Source of the DNA: Candidatus Aenigmatarchaeota archaeon
GTDB lineage: Archaea; Aenigmatarchaeota; Aenigmatarchaeia; GW2011-AR5; JAGGXF01
Direction: 5' to 3'
Assembly (NCBI GenBank): GCA_021163205.1
Contig: JAGGXF010000014.1
Location: forward strand, 1 to 62,090
Length of the DNA stretch: 62,090 nucleotides
In this document: positions 7,789 to 16,467 of the stretch, piece after piece
How the letters are laid out: every line of letters starts with the position of its first letter
Numbering within the stretch: position 1 is the first letter of the stretch
Program-made: the position numbers and the translations under genes
The notes under the pieces: generated by a model
Database searches by the model: none
Seen by the model: the letters and a program-made list of their open reading frames with translations, nothing else
Told to the model about the DNA's origin: nothing

Positions 7789-8693
7789 TATGCATGGACC
7801 AAGAGGTTAAAGAGAAATATATGAAAGCAGGTAAGATAGCTGGAGAAGCAAGAGACTACGCTGCAGAAATAGCAAAGCCGGGCAAAAAAATTCTTGACAT
7901 TGTTGAAGCAGTAGAATCTCTCATAAAAGCCAAGGGGGCTGAAATAGCTTTTCCTATTAATATATCCATTAATGATATTGCCGCACATGATACGGCAGAT
8001 AAGAATGACGAGCGTGTCTTGGGAGAGAATGATATTGTCAAAATAGATATTGGCACACACATTGATGGATACATCGGCGACACCGCACGCACGGTAGCGT
8101 GGTCAGAAGATTATCAAGAACTTATTAAATCAACGAAACAAGCATTAGAAGAAGCGATAAAACTTTGCACGCCGGGGACAAATCTCGGTGAGATATCATC
8201 TGTGATAGAAAAAACGATAAAAGAAGCTGGGTTCAAACCAATAGCAAATCTCACTGGGCACGGGCTCGATAAGTTTAATCTACATGCAGAACCAACAATA
8301 CCGAACGTTAGTTTCAAGACAAGCTACACACTTCAAGAAGGACAAGCAATAGCCATAGAACCATTTGCAACAACAAACGAAGGCGCTGGTTTGATAAAGG
8401 AATCCGTAGAAAAAAAGATATTCATGATGCTGTATGATAAACCGGTGAGAAATCAACATGCCAGGCAAATATTAAGGATCGCTAAAACCCGAAATGGTCT
8501 ACCATTTCCGCTTCGCTGGGTGCCGTCATCTGGAATAGGGCTAAGGATCGGTCTGAAGGAGTTACTGGATAAAAACATCTTGTATGACTACCCTATCCTC
8601 AAAGAAATTAAGGGCGCTCCCGTCGCTCAATCAGAGCATAGCATAATTGTGGCTGATAAACCGATAATCACGACAAAAACAGAAAAATTTTGA
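7776..8693 (+). CDS. map: Methionine aminopeptidase, type 2 (archaeal)
   Basis: Motifs FPINISINDIAAHD, KIDIGTHIDGYIGDTARTV, NLTGHGL, AIEPFAT and SEHSIIV. The true start is possibly the ATG at 7794 (MDQEVKEKY), which would avoid the overlap with lhr. Confidence 0.92.
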   Translation: MEGMICMDQEVKEKYMKAGKIAGEARDYAAEIAKPGKKILDIVEAVESLIKAKGAEIAFPINISINDIAAHDTADKNDERVLGENDIVKIDIGTHIDGYIGDTARTVAWSEDYQELIKSTKQALEEAIKLCTPGTNLGEISSVIEKTIKEAGFKPIANLTGHGLDKFNLHAEPTIPNVSFKTSYTLQEGQAIAIEPFATTNEGAGLIKESVEKKIFMMLYDKPVRNQHARQILRIAKTRNGLPFPLRWVPSSGIGLRIGLKELLDKNILYDYPILKEIKGAPVAQSEHSIIVADKPIITTKTEKF

Positions 8694-8829
8694 CCGAAGA
8701 AAAATATAAATACTTTTTTGTTACATTTCTCTTTTCCTTCTCTTTTCTCGTCGTAGATAATTATTTAATGGTTAGAAGAAATTATTTAATTAATTCAAAA
8801 TAAAATCAAAACAACAAGAGGGGCTTGAG

Positions 8830-9345
8830 TTGATCCTGATAGTAGATAACGGACATGCTGAAAAAATTTGTTCCTTGGTAAATTGCAAAGTTGACTTATC
8901 AAAACCGTCTGAAGCTTTGAAAAAAATCGACAGAGCAAGCGCTGTTATAATAACCGATGGTTCTCCCAATAAAGACGTAGAAAAGATTATAGAGTCGCTT
9001 TCTTCACCATGCCTTGCTATTGGCGCATCAGCAGAAATACTGGCAAAGAAATTTGGAGCAAAAATTAGTAAAAAAATAAAAAAAGAGAAACGTGCAGCTA
9101 TGATGAAATCGCATTCTCCACTTACACTAGGTATGAAAAAAAGATTTGTTGTTTACGGTAAAAGTAATATAATAGATAAGCTGCCTGATGACTTTGAGGC
9201 GATATACACTGGTGATGGTCCTGAGATATATCAGCACATTAGCTTTCCTATATTCGGTGTACTTTTCGAGCTGCGGGGCGAAGACGGAAAAAAAATAATA
9301 AAAAACTTTCTAGCTTTTGCTGAAACGTGGGACAAATATCACTAG
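8830..9345 (+). CDS. Class-I glutamine amidotransferase-like protein lacking the Cys-His-Glu triad (paralog of the GMP synthase glutaminase subunit)
   Basis: TTG start preceded by AGAGGGG. It aligns end to end with the ORF at 35403-35972, but GICVGHQ reads AIGASAE and LQFHPEV reads VLFELRG. Confidence 0.75.
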   Translation: MILIVDNGHAEKICSLVNCKVDLSKPSEALKKIDRASAVIITDGSPNKDVEKIIESLSSPCLAIGASAEILAKKFGAKISKKIKKEKRAAMMKSHSPLTLGMKKRFVVYGKSNIIDKLPDDFEAIYTGDGPEIYQHISFPIFGVLFELRGEDGKKIIKNFLAFAETWDKYH

Positions 9346-9403
9346 TTCTATTTGTTATGAACTAAATTCAACTATTCAACTTTATGCTTTTCTGTTGTTG
9401 TAT

Positions 9404-11686
9404 CTATTGTGTATAGTTAAAATCATTTGGGGTCGTTTCTCTAACATCTGACATTATCTTCTCATAAAACTTGTTCATTGATTTTGAAACAGATGGTTTA
9501 ACTTTACTCAACGCCTCTTCGATATCTTTCTTGGTTATTTCTCTAGCATTTTTATCCCTTCTCAACGCATTCATCCCCGCTTCTCTTACAATAGCCTCTA
9601 TGTCAGCACCGGTGTAGTTTTCTGTTCTTTTTGCAAGCTCCTTCAACGAGATGTCTTTTGAAAGTGGTACATTTCTGGTGTGAACTTCGAAAATTTTTTC
9701 TCTGGCTTTCTCATCCGGAAGAGGAACAAAAAGCTGTCTGTCAAACCTTCCGGGTCGTAGCAAAGCTGGGTCTATTATGTCTGGTCTATTCGTTGCTGCC
9801 ATAACTATAACGTCATGAAGCTCTTCTACACCAGATATTTCCGTAAGTATCTGTGATACAAGCCTCTCGCTATATTCGTTGAATGATCTCCCCCTCTGAG
9901 GAACAAGTGCATCGATCTCATCAAAAAATATTATTGAGGGGGCAACTTGTTTTGCTCTTCTAAATATGTCCCTTATCCGCTTTTCGGATTCTCCTACCCA
10001 CTTAGACAATATCTCAGATCCCTTTATCGAGATGAAGTTAACTCCAGATTCGTTTGCCACTGCCTTTGCAAGCAATGTCTTACCACATCCCGGAGGTCCA
10101 TAAAGTAGAACACCTGTCGGAGGCTTTATTCCCAGTCGTTTGAATGAGTCTGGATACTTGAGAGGCCATTCTATCATCTCTTTCAACTTCTTTTTTATTT
10201 CTTCTAGTCCACCGATGTCAGACCACTTAACTTTTGGTATCTCTATAAGCACTTCTCTCATTGCCGATGGCTCAACCATCTTTAAAGCATATTCCATATC
10301 TTTCTGAGTAACAACAAGCTTTTCCAATATATCCTTTGGAAGTGACTTGTCTTCCTTTATGTTGCTTATGTCGGGAATTATTCTTCTCAGCGCGTGCATT
10401 GCTGCCTCTTTACATATGGCAGCCAAATCTGCCCCTACATATCCATAAGTTATTTCAGCCAGCTTATCAAGGTCTACATCTTTTGCAAGAGGCATCCCCC
10501 GTGTATGGATTTGTAAAATTTCTTTTCTTCCTTCTTTATTTGGCACGCCTATTTCTATCTCTCTGTCAAACCTTCCGGGCCTTCTTAGGGCTGGATCAAG
10601 ACTATTGGGCCTGTTTGTTGCCGCAATAACAATAACCTTACCGCGTGATTTAAGCCCATCCATCAGCGTAAGAAGTTGGGAAACGACCCGCCTCTCCACC
10701 TCTCCATGGACATCTTCTCGCTTTGGTGCTATTGAATCTATTTCGTCTATGAATATTATTGATGGTGCCTGTTTTTCTGCCTGGTCAAATATCTTTCTCA
10801 AATTTTCTTCTGATTGCCCATACCACTTTGACATAATTTCAGGCCCATTTAGTGTCAAGAATGTTGCTCCAGCCTCGTTCGCCACTGCCTTTGCAAGTAA
10901 GGTCTTTCCTGTTCCTGGTGGACCGTGTAAAAGGACTCCTTTTGGTGGTTCTATACCAAGCCTGTCAAAAAGTTCCGGGTGCTTTAACGGGAGTTCTATC
11001 ATCTCTCTAACCTTTTTAATTTCGTCATGCAAACCACCGAGGTCTTCATATGTCACTTCTGGTATTTTTGTTTCCTCGATGGGCCTCGTTGCTTTTTCCA
11101 ATACCTCGAGCTCTGTTGCATCAGTTATTCTCACTATCCCTTTCGGGTTTGTACTCACAACAACAAACTTCTCTTCACCAAACGGAGTGAAAAACATTTC
11201 TTCTATATTTACCCCAAAAAACTCCTCAAATATTGAATTTTCTGGGCGTCTCCGTCTGACGATGGGGTTAGGAATTATTATATCACCAGTAGAAACCGGG
11301 CGCATCATCAAATTCTGCTTAAACACATTGGGGTCTATTCTTATTATGATTCCTTGTCTGGCTGGTGCTATTACGACATGCTTCGCTTCTTTAACATCCG
11401 CTTTTTTCACACGAACAACATCACCTATACCTGCCTTGATATTTCTCCTAAGTAGTCCGTCCATTCTTATAACATCGAGTCCCACATCTGCCGGATATGA
11501 ACGAACAGCTATAGCGGGTGATGTTCGATTGCCTGTTATCTCTATCACATCTCCCTCTCTAACACCAATCTTTTGCATTTTTTTAGCATCAAGTCTAGCA
11601 ATACCACGACCAAAATCTGTTCTTTCCGTAAGTTCTCCAACTTTTAACCTCAGCTCATTATCATTTTCTTTTTTCATAGAGATCAC
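9404..11686 (-). CDS. cdc48: Cdc48/VCP-like AAA+ ATPase (two AAA domains)
   Basis: N-domain (ARLD...GVREGD), two Walker A motifs [17 protein letters not shown] / [17 protein letters not shown] and two DEID Walker B motifs. 760 aa. Confidence 0.95.
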   Translation of the reverse strand: MISMKKENDNELRLKVGELTERTDFGRGIARLDAKKMQKIGVREGDVIEITGNRTSPAIAVRSYPADVGLDVIRMDGLLRRNIKAGIGDVVRVKKADVKEAKHVVIAPARQGIIIRIDPNVFKQNLMMRPVSTGDIIIPNPIVRRRRPENSIFEEFFGVNIEEMFFTPFGEEKFVVVSTNPKGIVRITDATELEVLEKATRPIEETKIPEVTYEDLGGLHDEIKKVREMIELPLKHPELFDRLGIEPPKGVLLHGPPGTGKTLLAKAVANEAGATFLTLNGPEIMSKWYGQSEENLRKIFDQAEKQAPSIIFIDEIDSIAPKREDVHGEVERRVVSQLLTLMDGLKSRGKVIVIAATNRPNSLDPALRRPGRFDREIEIGVPNKEGRKEILQIHTRGMPLAKDVDLDKLAEITYGYVGADLAAICKEAAMHALRRIIPDISNIKEDKSLPKDILEKLVVTQKDMEYALKMVEPSAMREVLIEIPKVKWSDIGGLEEIKKKLKEMIEWPLKYPDSFKRLGIKPPTGVLLYGPPGCGKTLLAKAVANESGVNFISIKGSEILSKWVGESEKRIRDIFRRAKQVAPSIIFFDEIDALVPQRGRSFNEYSERLVSQILTEISGVEELHDVIVMAATNRPDIIDPALLRPGRFDRQLFVPLPDEKAREKIFEVHTRNVPLSKDISLKELAKRTENYTGADIEAIVREAGMNALRRDKNAREITKKDIEEALSKVKPSVSKSMNKFYEKIMSDVRETTPNDFNYTQ

Positions 11687-11708
11687 CTCTTAAAACATTT
11701 CATCATTT

Positions 11709-12044
11709 TCAATCAAAATCATCATCTTCGAGTATAATCCTTCTCATTTCCCAGTCCACTTTATTACTCCACTCTTCAAAATATTTTAGCACTTTTTTTA
11801 AATGTTCCAAAGCAACTATGAACACCGAATCATCTACTTTTATATGAGGTATTTCAGTTAAAATACCTTCCCGCCGATATCTATATCGCTTGTCGTTCTT
11901 GGTCACAACCTGTTCCCAACCGTAGAGACCCCTGAAAAAGGTATTTCTCTCGCTGGCTGACCTGAACTTATCTGAGTGTGTACAAAAGCTTATAATCACT
12001 GCTCTTCTATTTTTGGTTTTTGATATTTCTATCATCTTCATCAC
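11709..12044 (-). CDS. Hypothetical 111-aa protein, first gene of a likely operon with cdc48
   Basis: A clean ORF 22 nt upstream of cdc48 on the same strand, with an acidic tail EDDDFD. The composition matches real genes here. No family recognised; a Cas2/VapD-like beta-alpha pattern is only an impression. Confidence 0.6.
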   Translation of the reverse strand: MMKMIEISKTKNRRAVIISFCTHSDKFRSASERNTFFRGLYGWEQVVTKNDKRYRYRREGILTEIPHIKVDDSVFIVALEHLKKVLKYFEEWSNKVDWEMRRIILEDDDFD

Positions 12045-12096
12045 AATTGCTACTTTGGTTTATTATTTCCCTGAACGACCGCAATTATGATATACA

Positions 12097-12139
12097 TAAA
12101 CAATAACTATTTAAAGTTATTGTTTACAAGAACAATAAC
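12097..12139. promoter_or_regulatory. 30-bp palindrome TAAACAATAACT-ATTTAA-AGTTATTGTTTA plus a third direct half-site AACAATAAC (12131-12139), in the divergent region between the 111-aa ORF/cdc48 and radB
   Basis: Read directly: 12097-12108 is the reverse complement of 12115-12126. The centre is TATA-like (TATTTAAA). Confidence 0.45.
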
Positions 12140-12189
12140 CAAATCTTTTCCTGTAAGCTCTTTAATAAATTTCTTATGAAATTCTTTTC

Positions 12190-12873
12190 ATGAAAATTCA
12201 ACGACTCTCGACAAACTCGCCCATAGACAAAATTTTAGATGGGGGCATAGAGTTCAGTTCTGTTACCAACTTTTATGGACCGCCGGGATCAGGAAAGACA
12301 AACATTGCTCTCTCAACACTACTTTCTGTAAAGGACAAAAAAATAATATTTATGGATACTGAAGGAAGTTTTTCATTCGAGAGATTAGCACAAATCACCA
12401 AAAGGGAGGAAACATTTGAAAATGTACTTAGGAGAATAATCCTTCTTGAGCCGAGAAACTGGCAGGAGCAGTCTGAGATGATTAAAAATCTCGAGAAAAT
12501 TGTTGAGGATGAAGAAATTGGATTGATTGTTATAGATTCTATAGTAGCTTTATATCGAATCGAAATTAATCAGAAAAATTTTTCGGATATAAACCGTGAG
12601 CTTGCGTCCCAATATTCAACTCTTTCTAGGATATCAAGAGAGAAGAATATTCCCATTCTAGTAACAAATCAAATATATCTGTCTGGAGAAGATGTTGAAC
12701 TAACCAGCAAAACTATAGCACGATATTGGAGCAAAACACTCATAGAACTTAAGAAAACAGACCGACCAAACCACAGATTAGCAATACTGAGAAAACATCG
12801 ATCACTTCCAGAAGGACAAAGTATTGAATTTGTAATAGTTAGAGATGGACTCAAACCTGTTGGAATTTTTTGA
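12190..12873 (+). CDS. radB: RadB-type short RecA-family recombinase paralog
   Basis: 227 aa. Walker A GPPGSGKTN and Walker B LIVIDS, with no N-terminal HhH domain. Typical of archaeal RadB. Confidence 0.85.
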   Translation: MKIQRLSTNSPIDKILDGGIEFSSVTNFYGPPGSGKTNIALSTLLSVKDKKIIFMDTEGSFSFERLAQITKREETFENVLRRIILLEPRNWQEQSEMIKNLEKIVEDEEIGLIVIDSIVALYRIEINQKNFSDINRELASQYSTLSRISREKNIPILVTNQIYLSGEDVELTSKTIARYWSKTLIELKKTDRPNHRLAILRKHRSLPEGQSIEFVIVRDGLKPVGIF

Positions 12874-12928
12874 CGTGTCGTATCACACGGGTATGAAGGC
12901 TTTTAATATTTTATGACTAAATTATTAT

Positions 12929-14353
12929 ATGCGAGGGTTCTTCAAAAAGAAATTGGAAGATGCGCCATTAAAGTACACGTTCGATGACTTCTTAATATCT
13001 CCCGGGTCTTCTGATGTTATACCGGCTGAAACAAACACAAAAACAAGAATATCTCCAAATATAGAAATGAACATACCGATAATAAGTGCGCCCATGGACA
13101 CAGTAACTGGGTTTGATATGGCTGTTATGATGGCCCGGCTGGGCGGTCTCGGTGCTGTACATTATAATATGAAAATAGAAGAACAGGCAGAGGTTATCAA
13201 AAAAATCAAGAAATATGAATCTTTGATCATACGGAATGTCATAACGATTACCCCGGATTACACCGTTGCGGACATCCTTAGATTATCAGAAGAGAAAAAT
13301 ATTTCCAGTTTTCCTGTTGTAGAAAATAACAGACTTGTTGGGATTATCACCGAGCGAGATTTTCGATTGGCAAAAGTTAACACCCTTGCCAGAGAATTGA
13401 TGACACGTGATGTGATCAGCGCCGAAGAGAATATTAATATGGAAGATGCGATGAAAATATTGCATGAAAATAAGATAGAGAAACTTCCACTTCTTGATAA
13501 AAGCGGTCGACTGGCTGGTATGATCACACTGAGAGACATAATGAACAGAAAAAAGTACCCGAATGCAACCCGAGATCAGAATGGACAACTTGTTGTTGCT
13601 GCCGCGACCAACTTGGATGAGAATCGCGTTGAAAAGCTACTAAATGCTGGGGCAGATATAATCATAGTAGAAACCGCGCACGGACATAATAGAAGGGTTA
13701 TAGAGTTCACACGACTTCTGAGAAAAAATTATGATTGTGAAATAATTTCAGGTAACATAGCAACAGCCGAAGCAGCCGAAGACTTAATAGCTGCCGGTGC
13801 TGATTGTGTAAAAGTGGGTGTTGGCCCCGGTTCTATATGCACAACAAGAGAAGTGACTGGTGTTGGTGTTCCACAGCTTGGTGCGGTTGCAGATGTTGCA
13901 GATGTTGTATCAGCACATGGAGCCTATTGTATAGCAGATGGGGCTATAAAGACCTCTGGTGATATTGCAAAAGCAATAGCCGCGGGCGCAGATGCTGTGA
14001 TGCTCGGAAATCTGTTGGCTGGAACAAAAGAAGCTCTTGGAGAAGTGGTGATACGGGACGGAAAAAAGTTCAAGAAATACCGAGGCATGGGCTCAAAGGG
14101 CGCCCTGGCAGAGCGATACTTCCAAAAACAATCAAAATTCGTTCCAGAGGGTGTCTCGGGCATTGTCCCATATAAAGGTGATGTAAAAGATGTTATATTT
14201 TCATTGGTTGGCGGGCTTAAGTCTGCTATGGGATACGTTGGTGCAAAAAATATAAAAGAGATGAAAACAAAATCGAGATTTGTAAAGGTAAGTTTTCACG
14301 GAAAATTGGAAAGCCGTCCTTTTAACATAAATATCATTGACGAGCTTGTATAG
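12929..14353 (+). CDS. guaB: IMP dehydrogenase with CBS insert
   Basis: Motifs SAPMDTVT and [11 protein letters not shown] (catalytic Cys loop), a CBS pair in the middle, and [15 protein letters not shown]. Confidence 0.95.
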   Translation: MRGFFKKKLEDAPLKYTFDDFLISPGSSDVIPAETNTKTRISPNIEMNIPIISAPMDTVTGFDMAVMMARLGGLGAVHYNMKIEEQAEVIKKIKKYESLIIRNVITITPDYTVADILRLSEEKNISSFPVVENNRLVGIITERDFRLAKVNTLARELMTRDVISAEENINMEDAMKILHENKIEKLPLLDKSGRLAGMITLRDIMNRKKYPNATRDQNGQLVVAAATNLDENRVEKLLNAGADIIIVETAHGHNRRVIEFTRLLRKNYDCEIISGNIATAEAAEDLIAAGADCVKVGVGPGSICTTREVTGVGVPQLGAVADVADVVSAHGAYCIADGAIKTSGDIAKAIAAGADAVMLGNLLAGTKEALGEVVIRDGKKFKKYRGMGSKGALAERYFQKQSKFVPEGVSGIVPYKGDVKDVIFSLVGGLKSAMGYVGAKNIKEMKTKSRFVKVSFHGKLESRPFNINIIDELV

Positions 14354-14380
14354 AGAAGAAACTCTTAATGGGGTGTTGGT

Positions 14381-16078
14381 ATGAAAAGTATTTTTGAAGA
14401 GATATCAAAAAAATCAGGAGATAGTGAATTTTTCGTAGAAATACCTGACGGTTATGTGCCGGGAAAGACAAAATACATCGTAATTACGGGGACTGTTATA
14501 TCTGGTATAGGGAAAGGTGCATTTTCATCTTCCCTTGGTTTCTTGTTACAAAAACATGGTTTCGCCGTTGAATCTGTAAAATTTGATGGCTATTTAAACT
14601 TGGACGCAGGAACAATGAATCCGTTCAGGCATGGAGAAGTTTTTGTCATGGACGACGGCACAGAAGCTGATATGGATTTTGGTACATATGAAAGATTCTT
14701 GGACAAAAATCTTTCCAGTTCCAATTATTTAACAGGTGGCCGTGTCTTTTCGCGCATACTCAAAAAAGAAAGGGAAGGGGCGTACCTCGGAAGAGATGTT
14801 CAATTCATCCCACATGTTACTGGAGAAATCAAATATTTCTTCAGGTCTCTGGCGATGGAGAAAAAGCCAGATTTCATAATAATAGAAGTTGGTGGAACTG
14901 TCGGGGATATAGAGAATTCATACTTTATAGAAGCAATGAGACAACTCTCCTATGAGGAAGGACAAGAAAATGTTTGCTTCATAAATCTCACCTATATTCT
15001 AGAGCCAACATCTCTTGGAGAACAGAAAACAAAGGCGTCACAGCTTGGAATAAAACGCCTTATGTCAGCAGGTATCCAACCAGATGTTATAGTATGCCGC
15101 GGAGAAAGAACTATATCAGAAAAAGCAATGGAAAAGATAAGTGTGTATTCAAATATCTCAAGAGAGATGGTAATTGACTGTCACAATCTTAAGACCATAT
15201 ATGAAATACCTTTGTGGCTCGAAAAACAAGGTCTTGATAAAAAAGTTCTAAGAAGACTAGGACACAAACCAAAAGAAAAGATAGACCTAGACGAATGGAA
15301 AAACTATATAAGAAGGATAGAAAAACCGAAAAGGGAAATAGTTGTAGGTATTGCTGGAAAATATACCGGACTCAAAGACTCATATGCAAGCATCTTGAAA
15401 GCAGTAGAACACTCGGGAGCATACTGGGAAACTGGGGTAAGACTGAAATGGATCGAAACCACGGATGTGAATAAAGAAAATGTGAAAGACGCCCTTACAG
15501 GAGTATCCGGGTTGATAGTGCCTGGTGGGTTTGGGGCACGCGGAACAGAAGGAAAAATAGCTTGTGTACAGTACGCAAGAGAAAATAACATACCATATCT
15601 TGGTCTTTGTTTCGGTCTGCAAATGGCTGTTATTGAATTCGCAAGAAATGTATGCGGGCTTGAAAAAGCAAATAGCACAGAGATTGACCCGAAAACACCC
15701 AATCCTGTTATAGATATACTACCAGAGCAAAAAAATATACACGGACTGGGGGGAACTATGAGACTTGGTGGACAGGACGTTCATATAATAGAAAATACAC
15801 TTGCTCATAAGATTTATGGTAAAAAATTCGTAAGAGAACGGTTCAGACATAGATTTGAGGTCAACCCGGACTATCATGAAACTCTGGAAAAAAATGGACT
15901 TGTATTTTCCGGTTGGTCTGCTAAAGAAAAAAATATAGTACAAATAATAGAACTCAAAAACCATCCATTTTTTATAGCAACACAATTTCACCCAGAGTTT
16001 ACAAGCAGACCACTTAAGCCAAATCCGATATACAGAGAATTTATAAAGGCTTGTATAGATCACGCAACAAATGCATAG
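14381..16078 (+). CDS. pyrG: CTP synthase
   Basis: Motifs KYIVITGTVISGIGKG, EVGGTVGDIE, GLCFGLQ and QFHPEF. About 30 extra N-terminal residues suggest the real start may be the in-frame GTG near 14456. Confidence 0.93.
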   Translation: MKSIFEEISKKSGDSEFFVEIPDGYVPGKTKYIVITGTVISGIGKGAFSSSLGFLLQKHGFAVESVKFDGYLNLDAGTMNPFRHGEVFVMDDGTEADMDFGTYERFLDKNLSSSNYLTGGRVFSRILKKEREGAYLGRDVQFIPHVTGEIKYFFRSLAMEKKPDFIIIEVGGTVGDIENSYFIEAMRQLSYEEGQENVCFINLTYILEPTSLGEQKTKASQLGIKRLMSAGIQPDVIVCRGERTISEKAMEKISVYSNISREMVIDCHNLKTIYEIPLWLEKQGLDKKVLRRLGHKPKEKIDLDEWKNYIRRIEKPKREIVVGIAGKYTGLKDSYASILKAVEHSGAYWETGVRLKWIETTDVNKENVKDALTGVSGLIVPGGFGARGTEGKIACVQYARENNIPYLGLCFGLQMAVIEFARNVCGLEKANSTEIDPKTPNPVIDILPEQKNIHGLGGTMRLGGQDVHIIENTLAHKIYGKKFVRERFRHRFEVNPDYHETLEKNGLVFSGWSAKEKNIVQIIELKNHPFFIATQFHPEFTSRPLKPNPIYREFIKACIDHATNA

Positions 16079-16221
16079 TTAAGGTTTTATCACGTTGTGA
16101 AAAGATTTATATTGATTTAGCCGAGTCTTATAATTGTGTGGGCTTGTTAACCGAATCAAATATTTGAATAGTATTCGAACACCAGTTGATAAATTTGAAT
16201 GGTCTTCGGAGGTAGAGCGAG

Positions 16222-16467
16222 GTGACAAAAAAACTAATAATCAGGGTTGGTCTGAAAGACGGCATAACTGACCCAGAAGGAGCGAACGTAAAAAAATCTC
16301 TCGAGCTGTTGGGATTTGACAATATCGTTGGTGTCAAAACATCCAAGATATTTGAAATAACAGTAGAAGAGCTCGACGAGGAAAAGGCGAGAGAAGAAGC
16401 AGAAAACATGTGTAAAAAGTTGTTAGCAAACCCCGTGATACATAGCTATGAAATAAACATCGAATGA
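16222..16467 (+). CDS. purS: FGAM synthase subunit PurS
   Basis: 81 aa. GTG start after GGAGGT. VGLKDGITDPEGANVKKSLELLGF is typical of PurS. Confidence 0.9.
   Translation: MTKKLIIRVGLKDGITDPEGANVKKSLELLGFDNIVGVKTSKIFEITVEELDEEKAREEAENMCKKLLANPVIHSYEINIE

Noticed and set aside
10605-11693. 362-aa ORF on the plus strand.
   Set aside because: It lies entirely antisense to the strongly conserved cdc48 gene. Its translation is Ser/Phe/Leu/Ile-rich low complexity with no motifs. This is typical of spurious antisense frames in AT-rich genomes.
16128-16409. 93-aa minus-strand ORF overlapping purS and its upstream region.
   Set aside because: It is antisense to a clear purS gene and has a Ser-rich low-complexity translation.
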